The notes: a model not told the origin generated them from the letters alone. A stretch of DNA of 64,000 nucleotides from Eledone cirrhosa (GCA_964016885.1 OZ024743.1:99262001-99326000), one strand, 5' to 3'; positions 36,827 to 49,989 are shown, counted from the stretch's first letter. Numbers and translations are program-made.

Positions 36827-37113
36827 ATACTGTAGATAAATGCAAAAATAAACATTCCTAATTAAATACCAATAACATAAAAATATCAGTTTTATCTAAA
36901 ACATTTGTTTAAAGTTGACCTTTTATCCACAGTTACTGAAATACTCTTTCAACTTAAAAGAAAAAAAAGTGTAAAACAAACTAAATAAATGAATAAAACA
37001 CTCTGGTGAACCCTATAAAAAGTCATTTGAAAGACCTTTGAGGTCCTTTTATCTAAAAATCTCAAAAAGAATTTTTTTTTATAAAGATCAATATGTTATC
37101 TGATCACAATATG

Positions 37114-37198
<85 letters not shown>

Positions 37199-37211
37199 GT
37201 ATAAAGTAAAA

Positions 37212-37634
37212 CCTATCCACACCGCCCCCTTCTATGTAAAGTTATGTTGGTGCCACAACATCCAGGCCGAAACAAATGAGATCGTGTAGGTGTCACGACA
37301 AAAAAACACACAGTTCACGCTGTAATGTGGCCGTGTAGGCAACATGGTAAAAACCTCCCAGCCCCACACTGTAAATATGGTTGGTGTTAGGAAGGGCATC
37401 CAGCTGTAGAAAACCCGCCAGACAGTCCACGCTGTAATGTGGCCGTGTAGGCAACACGGTAAAAACCTCCCAGCCCCACACTGTAAATGTGGTTGGTGTT
37501 AGGAAGGGCATCCAGCTGTAGAAAACCCGCCAGATAGTCCTATGCGAGCAAGATAATCACTCTTGCCTCAAGTGGGAAAACCCCCGTCCAAACCCATGCA
37601 AGCGTGGAACACGGACGTTAAACATTGATGATGA

Positions 37635-37640
<6 letters not shown>
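37212..37640 (+). mobile_element. RTE subfamily 2 3' UTR with a 112-bp tandem duplication
   Basis: Matches 8400-8720; unit starts at 37311 and 37423. Confidence 0.88.
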
Positions 37641-37678
<38 letters not shown>

Positions 37679-37682
<4 letters not shown>

Positions 37683-39422
37683 GTGATGCACTAGATAGAG
37701 GAAACTATAGAGGTATAAAGCTGATGGACCAGGTCATGAAAGTAACAGAAAGAGTTATAGCACAGTTGATTAGGGACCGGGTGAAACTAGATGAGATGCA
37801 ATTTGGGTTTGTACCAGGAAGAGGCACCACTGATGCCCTCTTCCTTGTCAGGCAGTTACAGGAAAAGTACCTAGCTAAAAGTAAGCCACTCTACCTGGCA
37901 TTTGTCGATCTTGAGAAAGCCTTTGACAGAGTTCCACGTGCTGTAATCTGGTGGGCTCTTAGAAAACTAGGAGTAGATGAATGGCTTGTGAAAGCGGTAC
38001 AAGCCATGTATAGGGGAGCAGTCAGCAAAGTTAGGATTAGCAATGAGTATAGAGAGGAATTTAGCGTACAGGTTGGGGTCCACCAGGGCTCTGTTCTTAG
38101 CTCCTTCCTGTTCATCATAGTCCTGCAGGCAATAACAGAGGAGTTTAAGACCGGATGCTCATGGGAACTCCTGTATGCTGATGACCTCGCACTTATAGCT
38201 GAATCTATGGTAGAACTAGAGAAGAAATTCCAAACTTGGAAGCAGGGACTAGAAAGAAAGGGTCTCAAAGTCAACATGACAAAGACGAACGTCCTTGTAA
38301 GTAGACGAGAAAACAGAACCCAGATCCCCTCAGGGAAATGGCCTTGCTCAGTATGTAGGAAAGGTGTAGGTAGGAACTCCATTCTCTGCCCCAAATGCAA
38401 ACAATGGGTACACAAGAGATGTAGCGGGATCTCAGGAAGCTTAATTAAGAATGTAGGCTTCACATGCAGCAGCAGTGCTGGGACAACAAGCAGCAAACAG
38501 CCACAGGAAACAAGTACCACCAATCTCTGTAGAAACAGTAGACAGCTTTTGCTACCTAGGTGACCGAATTAGCAGCGGAGGTGGGTGTTCAGAAAGTACA
38601 ATAACTAGGGTAAGAACGGGATGGAAGAAGTTTAGGGAACTACTACCACTGCTAGCTGCAAAAGGCTTTTCCCTCAAAATGAAAGGCAGACTGTATGATG
38701 CGTGTATCCGAACAGCGATGTTGCATGGTAGTGAGACCTGGGCACTGAAGGTGGAAGACTTACGTAGATTAGAGAGAAACGAAGCCTGCATGCTCTGATG
38801 GATGTGTAATAGTAATATACGCGAACGACAAAGCATAAATGAATTGAGAGAGAGACTGAGCATAAGAGGAATCAAATGCTGTGTGCAGGAGAGGAGGTTG
38901 CGTTGGTATGGACATGTGATGCGTATGAAGGATGACAGCTGCATAAAAAGGTGCAGAGCACTAGAAGTCAATGGAAACCGCGGAGTAGGGAGACCCAAGA
39001 AGACCTGGGATGAGGTGATAAAAGCCAACCTTACCCAATTACACCTCTCAAAGGCGATGACACACGACCGTGACCTCTGGCGTCATGCAGTAATACAGAG
39101 TACCCGACCTCCCATGGGTACAAGCTGAAGCATATAGACAATATGCCTCCCCCCCCCCCCCACTGCAAGGTGGTTGTGGAGGTGCCACGGCAAAAAAGCA
39201 CCCAGCCCACACTATAAAGTGGACGTGTAGGCGCCACGAAAAAGCACCCAGCACTCACTGTAAATGAGGTTGGTGTTAGGAAGGGCATCCAGCTGTAGAA
39301 ATCAAGCCAAATCAGTTCCTGTATGAGCAAGGCATGGTCAGCCGACCAGACACTGCCCACAACAGGACAACCCGTCTAACCCATGCTAGCGTGGAAGAAC
39401 GGACGTAAAACGGTGATGATGA

Positions 39423-39427
<5 letters not shown>
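37679..39427 (+). mobile_element. 5'-truncated RTE LINE, subfamily 1 (full RT core, PHD-like finger, 3' UTR)
   Basis: NYRGIKL, QFGFVPGRGTTDA, FVDLEKAFDRV, GVHQGSVLS, LLYADD. An 11-nt deletion causes a frameshift near 38528 (versus the 54 kb copy); TGA at 38796; (GAT)n tail. Confidence 0.95.
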
Positions 39428-39485
<58 letters not shown>

Positions 39486-39887
39486 CTATACACTACATTT
39501 ATCTTCCATTCTTCATTACAGTACTATCGTTCAATATATGGATAAGATATCTGTAATATCCTCTTTTCATAATTTCTAACTATAATTTACACATGTTTCT
39601 ATTTACTATATTTTTTTACTAACTTCAATTAAAATTTTAACTTTTGATTTCTATTTTTCAATCTTATTACCAATTTTAATTTAAAAAAAAAAAAAAGTTC
39701 TATAGTGAACCATAATATCTAGACCCTAGAATTAAGTTTATATTCTCTACACAGGTGATGGTCAATTCTATTGTCCAAGCATAATTTAGGGGTAGTATTG
39801 AAATTTATTGAAACTTATACTCTACCACTACTACAAATACACACTAATACCAGTAATACTAACTAATAAATATTGCCTGTACAGGTA

Positions 39888-39923
39888 ATCAAAGTGAGTA
39901 TACATTTTTTGGGGGGGACCCTG
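39888..39923 (-). mobile_element. Possible isolated Tc1/mariner terminal inverted repeat
   Basis: TA|CAGGGTCCCCCCCAAAAAATGTATACTCACTTT resembles mariner ends; no partner end seen. Confidence 0.35.
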
Positions 39924-40327
39924 TACAATATATATATATATATATATACTAAAATTTTCACTCCGACATAGCTGTATATATAAGTATGTGAATTTCATAT
40001 TTCTAATCATACATGGTATTTTTAATAATAGACTTTTAGGAAGACTTCTAGCTATGAATATTGAAAGGCTGGTGGCTAGTGACATCTAGTGGGATTCTAG
40101 CAGAAGCTAACTGTCAAAACAGCCAGAGCTCAGCCGTCGGGTTCCTGACTCTTTTCCTATATATATATATATATAATAGAATAATCGAGTATCGGAAAAT
40201 CAGCTCACGAATTTACGATAAACAAAATCCGACATGAGTGGCAGAGGGCTCAATAATTCAGATAAATCAGAGCTATAACTATTGTTAAGATACCAACACA
40301 CAATATATATATATCGTTAAGATACCA

Positions 40328-40374
<47 letters not shown>

Positions 40375-42691
40375 TGTATATATGTATACATATATGTATG
40401 TGTAAATATATACATATATATTTATACATGTATGTACATACATAGATGGGGAGGGGGTATTTGTTTTTGTTATTTTGTTTTCAAATTTTTATCTTATAAA
40501 CTTATTCTTTTCTATGTGGTTATTAAGCCATTTTTCTGTATAGTACCAGTGTAACAGAATATCTACTCTTACAAACAAAATTGTTCTGCTTTTTTAAGGA
40601 ATAAAAAGAGGGGAAAAAAAGAGAGAAACCATCTGGAAATATTCAAGAAAACTTTAGGAGTACGAATAATCCATTAGCATTATGATGTGTGGGCTAAACT
40701 GAAATAAAGGCTTGAAAAGAGAAAACTGGAGATGGAGGAGGAGAGAAATGAAATAGCTAGTGAAAGTTAAGATAATAGATCAGAATGAGGATATACAATT
40801 GAATGGAGAGAATGAAAGAGGATTGGTTAAAAACTGTAACTGGTTCAGATTCTAGTAAGAAAAAAACCATTATTACAGTAATAGTGATAACTTAATGATA
40901 TCAACAAGAACGCACACAGACACACATACACACTTATACATAGAAACTTGTATTCAGATAGTTGAGTGCATTAGTTGTAGATATTTAGCCCTAGGCTAGC
41001 CATAATCAAGTTGACAAATTATTAAAAGCTCTATTTTAATATAATGTTTCTTGGATCATGTAGAGGTTCCCTTGTTAACTCCAGTACATTAGAAAATAGT
41101 AAAGGTGCAACATGCATAGCTTTGTAGTGTTGGAACCAAAAATCCTTTTCTAGCTCATGTAAAAGCTCTTCTGGTAGAACGTTGGATAACATGCTTTGTG
41201 ACATATGGTTATGGCCCTTTATGTTCTGAGTTCAAATCCAACTGAGGTTAGCAGTGTCTTTCATCTTTACAGGGTTGATAAAATAAAGTACCAGTAACGC
41301 ACTGGAGTCTAATTAATTGACTTTCACCTACCCCAAAATGTTTGGCCTTGTGCCTAAATCAGAAACCATTATTTTTAACTACAGGGAAGTGGATTCACAG
41401 AAATCTTTGGACATAATTTGTGGTATTTGTTCCATGTTTTTACATTCAAATATTGAGTTCAAATCTTGCCACGGTCAACTTTGTCTTTCATCTATTTAAG
41501 GTCGATAAAATAAAGTACCAATCAAGTACTGGGCCCTATTAAAATGACTTCTCCTGAACTTCTCCTAAATTGCTGGCCTTGTACCTAAATTGGAAATCAT
41601 TATTTTGAACCACAATAATGGTGACATGTATTCCTACAAAAATAATCTGCTAATGCTACCAATATTGATATATCTTATATATTACAGTAAACATGCAAAA
41701 ATGGTAGAAGGAAATCTTTAGGTGCGTCAAGGACATAACAACATTCATAGTGCTTGTGTCAAGATAAAATGCACTCAATACACTCTTTAAAATGATTGGC
41801 ATTAGGAAGGGAATCCAACTATAGAAGGGGGTAACTTCAATAGAGTACTTACTTGGTCTGTAACACACCCATTCAAACCATGCCAACATAAACATTATGA
41901 GGATGCTGCAGCTAGGTGATGTAGACACAACGAACTGTTGACTATTTCTGTTAATCTAGACTGAACTCTTCATGGCAGTTACTTTCTTCTTTCAATATTT
42001 TAAATTTGAATCAAAAAGATATTGATTTGGCATTTCATTTTGCTGGGATCAATATGATAACATTCCTTTATTCTTCTATTGGTTTCAATCATTTGACTGT
42101 GGCCTTGCTGGGTTGTTGCCCTCAAACGTTCTGATAATCATATTGATCCCAGTAATGTCAGCCCTCTAGTTATTTTATCGAGATATAATTACTGACTGGC
42201 TAAATATTTTTTTGTCAAAATATTAGTTTTTACACCAATAATGTTGGAGTTGATCAAAGAGATCTATGATGAAAGACAGTTCAGATTGAGCCATCATATC
42301 TCTAACGTGACCTCTTAAGATGGTAGAGTATAACTGGAGATATTCATCTACTATTTCTAGCAATGCAATTGACCACATAGATGCTTCCCTATCAAGTAGA
42401 TGTGTGTACATGTTTCTCTGTTGTTTATTCGGTTCTTGCATATCCGTAGGACATTGTGAAGACAGGAAATATTGTCTAGTAAAAACATGACAGTTATTTT
42501 TGGCACATGTTCATAAATCTGGATTTCATATAAACAATATTCCAGCAAATATATGTATGTGTGTACATGTGTATGTGTGTGTGTGTGTGTGTGTACATGT
42601 GTGAACATGTACATTATCTACATACACCTTTATATATATAATATATATATATATGTATATATATACATGTAGAGTGAGAGAGAGAGAGAGA

Positions 42692-43286
42692 ACACTATCA
42701 AGTGGCCAGGAGGGTAACTAGGAGACAAGTGTACCTTGCAAGAAGGGAAGCAGAGGAAAGAAAGTTCTAGCATGTTCTACAACGCGAGGACCAAAAACGT
42801 GAGGTGTTCAGGATTGCTAGACAATGTGTCAAGCAAAACCGTGATATTGTTGGGAAGAAGTGTGTCCGTAATGATGATGGTGTACTTGCCATCACTGATG
42901 CTGATAAGAAGGTAGCTTGGAAGTGTCACTACGAGAGGCTACTAAATGAGGAGAATAAATGGGAAAAAGATAGTCCCCCCCAAATCGATCCAATAGAGGG
43001 ACCAGTAGTGCAAGTTGAAGGTAGTATAATAAGTAAGACAATCAAAGCAGCTGGGCCTTCTGAGATAGTTGCTGAAATGCTGAAAGCATCTGGATCGGTG
43101 GGACACATTATGGTCACCCGGATAGTAAACCAAGTCATACAGAATGGGGTCATACCAAATGACTGGCGTAGCAGCATCATCATTAACTGCTACAAGGGTA
43201 AAGGAGATGCCCTAGATAGGGGAAATTATAGAGGCATTAAATTAATTGACCAGGTCATGAAGGTCACAGAAAAAGTTATAGCGCAA
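42692..43286 (+). mobile_element. Internal RTE LINE fragment (linker plus RT start)
   Basis: VFRIARQCVKQNRDIVG..WKCHYERLLNEEN..KAAGPSEIVAEMLK..IPNDW..YKGKGDALDRGNYRGIKL. Confidence 0.9.
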
Positions 43287-43475
43287 CAAAATCATTGTTG
43301 TTTAATCAGTACAGTATATGGAAGGAATATATTAGGTTAACGCTTGATATAGCAGGAAGAGGGTCTTAACGTTTCGGACACTAGTCCTTCATCAGAAGAC
43401 AGAATGAGAAATTAGAAAGATTGAAGGGACAAGCGGAGTGGAATTGGAAAAAATGTTGGCATCTCTTGGGAAAAA
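43287..43475 (-). mobile_element. Penelope pseudo-LTR fragment
   Basis: Shares its 3' part with the PLE at 50394-50495 and with 11500-11720. Confidence 0.8.
43363..43400 (-). ncRNA. Minimal type I hammerhead ribozyme (family B)
   Basis: GTCTT-CTGATGA-A-GGAC TAGT GTCC-GAA-ACGT-T-AAGAC: 5-bp stem I, 4-bp stem II, loop-less palindromic stem III. Confidence 0.8.
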
Positions 43476-43728
43476 AGAAATTTATATATATAGTCGTATA
43501 TGAGCGAGACACGGTCACCCGACCAAACTTGCCTCTAATGGGACAAACTCGTGTAACCCATGCTAGTGTGGAAAATGACATTAAACGATAATGATGATGA
43601 CAATGATATATATATATATATATATGACGTGGCATAGTTCCGTAATTCCTGAGGGAGTTGTAGTGGTACCATATTAACATGGTGTTTCTAGGGCATTTTA
43701 AAACCTGGCAGAACCCAATCCTCTCTAG

Positions 43729-43796
<68 letters not shown>

Positions 43797-43930
43797 GGGG
43801 AGAGAGAAAATATATATGGAGAGAAAAAGAGTTATGCATTAGTATATATATATCCATAAATATAATTGTGTATTTATGTATGCATGTATGGATATATGTA
43901 TATATGTGTGTGTATGTGTGTATATATATA

Positions 43931-44033
43931 TAACAAAAGAATTGTGGTAAGGAACCAGGCTAAAAATTCTAATTTAGTCCAGAAATAGCCGTCGAAACGG
44001 CTTGAGCTCTGCCGTCGGGGTCATACTTTTTCC

Positions 44034-44035
<2 letters not shown>
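43931..44035 (+). mobile_element. Short PLE-like fragment with a hammerhead 3' half (family C)
   Basis: GAA-ACGGC(ttgagctct)GCCGT-C-GGGGTC at 43994-44022: looped stem III with a GUC triplet; the CUGANGA half is missing. Confidence 0.5.
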
Positions 44036-44086
<51 letters not shown>

Positions 44087-44293
44087 CCAGACCAATATAC
44101 TAAATAATACAAGCATCAATGAACATGGTTGCAGTTCCTAAATATAAGATGTGCCAATAAGTCAGCTAATAAATCTATATATCTTAAGATATGATAGAAC
44201 AACTGACTTGCAATATATTAAGAGGATAAGGCTTAGCTAACCCTGTAATCTGTGTGTGGGATCATACCACATACAAAGTGATATAAACATATA

Positions 44294-44362
<69 letters not shown>

Positions 44363-44636
44363 AATACACACTGTTGTGCTGACTGAATTGATTGAACTGC
44401 TAAGCCTCCATCACCAAAAATCTATATGAATATGTCTAGCACCATATCTGATCCTAAGATACTATGATTGATATACAGATGGCATAAGATATAATATAAT
44501 ATACATATATAATACAGCTAGTACTCCAGCATGACCTTACAAGTGATGGTTAAAATAAACTAAAGAATTAAAAAATATAGCTATATGTATGTATATATCC
44601 ATGTGTGTGTATACACACATATATATATATATATAT

Positions 44637-45365
44637 ATATTTATTAAAATAACAGATTAAAGTTTAAGCAAAGAATCGCTGCTTTCACCCTTAACGGGAT
44701 CTTCTGAAACTAACAAAGATTCAAGCAGCGTCTTTACATGCATACCCATTCTTTTCGTTACCCTCTAAGAAGGAATATGATGTCACTTTCAGCTTATATC
44801 TGGTGTCTAAAAGACAACCACACCCAATATAAGTTACACTGGGAGATCCTAGCTAGGGCTAGATCGTATAATGGAAATAAAAGACCATGTGACCTCTGCG
44901 CCGCTGAGGCCCTGGAAATACTCTACGCCACAGACCACATCTTAAACAAAAAATCTGAGGCAATTTCGGCTTGTAAACATAAATTGCACAAAACTTTCCT
45001 GTATTACAGCCCCACGTTATACCCTAACGGATAGTACGATCTATACGTGGATATTTTACGTCTTGATGTGGTAGCTAAGTTTATGTTTTGTTTATACCAT
45101 TACTTATTTGCATAGGGAACGTTTCCACGAACCAAAGTATCGTCTTCCTGTCTTCCTCCGGTTGCAACGTTTTTTGAAATATCCACTTCTGCGTTTACAG
45201 ATTGACTTTGTTAGTTTCAGAAGATCCCGTTAAGGGTGAAATCAGCGATTCTTTGCTTAAACTTTAATCTGTTATTTTAATAAATATTTGCTCTACGGTT
45301 CTTATATATTTGATATATATTTTTCCTTATCGAGCCCTCTTTGGATTTTAGTCTTCAAATTTATT
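44637..45365 (+). mobile_element. 5'-truncated Penelope-like element (GIY-YIG C-terminus) with an inverted pseudo-LTR copy at its 5' end
   Basis: FKQRLYMHTHSF..LSAYIWCLK..WEILARA..CDLCAAE..LNKKSE..CKH from 44720; 82-bp inverted repeat 44637-44718 versus 45206-45287. Confidence 0.85.
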
Positions 45366-45370
45366 ATTAT

Positions 45371-45497
<127 letters not shown>

Positions 45498-46324
45498 ATG
45501 AAAAAAAAATCTATATATAGTTAATAAAAAAAACAAAACAAAACATAGGAAGCAAAATTACAGTTAGATTAGGTTCACATATAGAGTGTAGGGTATTTTA
45601 GTAAAGGATATCCAAAGCTGGAAGAGCTCTCAATCTCTGAGATACTCAAAGGGAAATTAATGTGACATTACAAAATATTTTCAATAAAAGCTGATGATTT
45701 GGGGCCTGATTCAGAAATATATGAAGAAGCCAGCCAATGAAACATGTGCACCCAAAATGACAGCAGACAATGTAATAACTGATATGATAAATAGTTGGAT
45801 ACACATATATTTATTACAAAATATTGTAGTATACAGATGGTTATCTGTTGCAACTGCAATCATCAAGGCTATATCGACAGTCGATCGACCAGATCCCAGA
45901 CCTCATTTACTTAACAAGTGAGGTGGAGCTCATCATATTGGACCAAGGAAACAATGTTTCTATTGGTATTTCTAATTGCTAATACTATCTGTTGGTTGCA
46001 ACTCCAGGCAGAAGGAGTAACATGAAATAAAGTGTCTTGCTCAAGAACCCAATACACTGTCTGGTCTTGGAATCAAACTCACAACCTCATGATGAGCCCA
46101 ATGCTGTAACCACTAAGCCATGTGCCTTCAAATTTACATATATTTACACATAAACCCACACTAATATATGAAGATGCTGGACATTACAAAGGAGAGGAGA
46201 AAGGGCTGAACCAAATGACAAGATACTGTGCTGGAGAGGCACACATCTAACCTATGGAAGCCTAGACAGATAGGCATAACAGTGATGATGATGATGATGA
46301 AGATGAAGATGATGGTAGTGATAG

Positions 46325-46750
46325 TAGTTTGGAATTTCTTCTCTAATTTTTTCACAGATTTAGCTATGAGAACTAAGTCCTCGGCAACCAATCTTAAATT
46401 TCTCTTTTATAGCCTGGAGAATTATAATATATAGGAGGATGTGTAAGGGGATGAGAACCAGGCCTTGATAGACACTTTCCTGCACACTAAATTCCTCTTG
46501 AAATCGTTGTTGGTATCATGTCTGTACATTGCTCACACAACTCTTACAAGCCATTCATCATCTAGTTTAAATGACAACACCACACAACATAATGCTTGGA
46601 GTAGTGGCTTGTTCTTTGCTAAGAACTTCTGGAGTAGTAGTTTAACAAGGAAGAGAACATCAGTGGTACCCAGTCATGGTAGAAACCATAACAGGATCTC
46701 TTCTAAGATTATTTTCTTTTTAAGTTGTGCTATAACTCTTTCTGGAGACA
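46325..46750 (-). mobile_element. Highly decayed RTE RT fragment
   Basis: EKFLAKNKPL, AEDLVLIAKSVKKLEKKFQ remnants. Confidence 0.65.
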
Positions 46751-47460
46751 GCTAATTGACAGAGTCATTGGAACATCAGTTAGAACGCTTTGCAGTATTC
46801 CAGTTCTCTACTTTTGAGTTCCAATCTCAGCAGGGTTAACATTGCTTTTCGTCCTTTTGAGGTCAATAAAAAACGTACTAGCCCAGTACTGGGGTTCATT
46901 CTTCCTCTCTATCTCATTCTCATTTCCTCTCTATCACTTTCTCTCCTTTTCTGGAAGAAATCAGTTATGATCAGACCTGGAGAGGAGATAGCCACAGCCA
47001 GGTTTTGTCCAAGAAATATTGTCTGTTACTATGGTGCTCCTATGAATTCACCAGAAGTTATGGGTCAATATTTCTTCCAAATGTGAACCTAATATAACTG
47101 TATTTTTGTATCGCTGTTTGTTTTATTTCTTTTATTAACTATATATATATATATTAAAAGACACCAAAGATTCAAGGCAATGTCAAATTGACCCTAGGGC
47201 CGTAATATTACAATTCCAAAATTAAAAAATTAAACATTTTTTAAATTTTACAGTTTTATAACTTAACCCTCAAGCGTTGATTCAAGGTCGGATATATCAG
47301 AGTTTATTCATGCACCATCAATATTTCACATAAATGCTTTGAATCTTCGGTGGTTTTTAAATTAATATACGACAGCTCTGTGTGAACTCCACTGCATTGA
47401 GCTTTTAACCAACTGGTAAAACAGTTTAACTACCCCAGTTAATAATATTATTATTACTAC

Positions 47461-47529
<69 letters not shown>

Positions 47530-48529
47530 AGTGTGTGTGTGTGTGCATGTATGCATGTATGTATATATATATATATATATATATACATACATACATGCAC
47601 GCACACACATATATATATATGTATATATATATACACACACACACACACACATATATATACATATATATAACTCTATCTGGTTGAGGGATCATTCAGAAAA
47701 GGTGTGTGTGTATGTGTGAGAGAGTCTATGCACATTTTTTAAATTGAGAAATTTAACATAACTTACAACTTCCAGTTTCACAGGGGAAAGAAAGAATTTA
47801 AAGCTTTGTCACTTTGAATTTCACAACTAAATCAATCAAAGAAGTAGTTCAATAAATTAGACATAGTAATTACTTTTATACTGGTGAATACTTGTGAATT
47901 AAATGTGACCATTTGTAAATTTAAACTACCAAAGAATCTTAATTGCCTGTTTAACCAGCCTATAGATCGTATTTTAGCTGGTATCTTATTGTGCCTTCAA
48001 ATACTTACATTGCAAGAATGCCTATGTGTATAGAGAGATAGATACAGAAGAGCTTTAGCTTCTGTCTTTTTTGTTTTGGGTGGCTGGTCGGGTGGCTGGT
48101 TGGTTGGTTGGTTGGCTGGGAGGCTGGTTGGGTGGTTTGCTGGGTGTAGATTACATAAAGATACAGAAGTGCTTTAGCTTCTGTCTTTTTTATGTTTGTC
48201 TTATGTTTAACTGTCCCAATACCCAACCTATGAATGGAGAAACTGAAATGTATGCAGAAATTCTCATTTCACATCTTAATTGAAAATTCAAATTACTGAA
48301 GTTGTATTAATGGCAAATAGTGAGGATCCATGATGTAATGGTTAGGGTGTTGAACTTACGATCATAATGTTGTTGGTTTAATTCATGGGCCAGCTTGTGT
48401 GCTGTGTTCTTGAGCAAAACACTTCATTTCATGTTGCTTTAGTATACACAGTTGATCTTATAAATTTTTACACCCAATGTTTGCATTGTTTAATTTGGTT
48501 CTCTCTCTCTCACACACACACACTTACAT

Positions 48530-48569
<40 letters not shown>

Positions 48570-48863
48570 TTACATTCTCTCTCTCTCTCTCTCTCCCTCT
48601 CTATGTATGTATAAATAGGAAACACCTTTTCTTTCAAACATGTTATATTGAAAACAAAAATGTGTTTGATTTTCTATATTAAGGACTTTTCATATTTCAC
48701 AACTCAAAATATGAACAGATCTTCTTCAGCCCTTAATTTTTGATTTTTAAATTTAAATTTTAATATTTAATAAGATGAATTACATCGAAAACGATAATAT
48801 TTTATATATTTTATAAAACCCTTTTTTTTAAAAGATGATTTTTCCTTTTTTCATAAATAACTG

Positions 48864-49219
48864 GTGAAGGCACATGGCTTAGTGGTTAGAGCATTGGCCT
48901 TGCAATCGAAAAGTTGTGAGTTCAATTCTCAGACCGGGTGATGTGTTGTTTCCTTGAGCAAGACACTTTATTTCACATTGCTCCAGTTTACTCAGCTGTA
49001 GAAATGAGATGATAGGGACTGGGGTCCCTATCATTCCACTGTAAAGTGGTCGTGGAGGTGCCATGGCAAAAAAGCACCCAGCACTCACTGTAAATGAGGT
49101 TGGTGTTAGGAAGGGCATCCAGCTGTAGAAATCAAGCCAGAATCAGTTCCCATCCCACCCTTGCAAGCAGGGAAAAGCGGGCGTAAAATGAAATGAAATG
49201 ATGAATGAAATGAAATGAA
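48864..49219 (+). mobile_element. Full-length CORE-type tRNA SINE
   Basis: gtgaaggcacatggcttagtggttagagc (A box), gagttcaattctc (B box), CORE-like body, RTE-shared segment, (GAAAT)n tail. Confidence 0.92.
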
Positions 49220-49347
49220 CTCTTTGTCAGATTAAAGAAGAAAAAATGATTCTTTAAATATAATTCCGTGCAGTTTCCATTCTTACCCTTTTCTATAACT
49301 TTTGATTTGTATCGAACTTTCTCTCCTTTTCAACTATATATATAAAT

Positions 49348-49704
49348 CATCATCATCATCACCGTTTTATGTCCGTTCTTCCACGCTAGCATGGGTTAGT
49401 CCTGTTGTGGGGCAGTGTCCGGTCAGCTGACCTTGCCTTGCTCATACGGAAACTGATTCTGGCTTGCTTTCTACAGCTGGAAGCCCTTCCTAACACCAAC
49501 CTCATTTACAGTGAGTGCTGGGTGCTTTTTTTTTCCGTGGCACCTACACATCCATTTTACAGTGTAGGCTGGGTACTTTTTTGCCGTGGCACCTCCACGA
49601 CCACTTTGCAGTGAGTGCTGGGTACTTTTTTGCCGTGGCACCTCCACGACCACTTTGCAGTGGAATGATAGGGACCCCAGTCCTATCGTCAAATTTCTAC
49701 AGCT
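49348..49704 (-). mobile_element. SINE variant with three internal units and an RTE-subfamily-1-type terminus
   Basis: SINE-specific gataggactggggtccctatc segment joined to gagcaaggcaaggtcagc..aacccatgctagcgtggaagaacggac(GAT)n. Confidence 0.85.
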
Positions 49705-49989
49705 ATATATATATATATATCACATAAGAAACGGAGAATCAGTGGTGCGACGAATAAGATTTATTAGACATATTACAATCATTTCTCTGGCGACCAGCTC
49801 AAGGCACGACCGACGTAATGATCAAACCTGACTCTGAAATCGCAAGATCCTCGGATATGTCTCGATTCTATGATGATGATGATGATATACACATACATAT
49901 ATATATACATATTTATATATATAAATATGTATATATATACATATATATATGCATACATATATATATATACACATACATATATATATATA

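Noticed and set aside
37891-39028. Long minus-strand ORFs (also 7785, 18942, 54122)
   Set aside because: Antisense shadows of RTE coding sequence.
48678-48740. Hammerhead on the minus strand (CTGAAGA..GAAA)
   Set aside because: Stem I can pair, but stems II/III and the cleavage triplet do not fit; at best heavily decayed.
48864-48940. tRNA gene
   Set aside because: The A/B boxes belong to a SINE head that continues into the CORE body; no complete cloverleaf.
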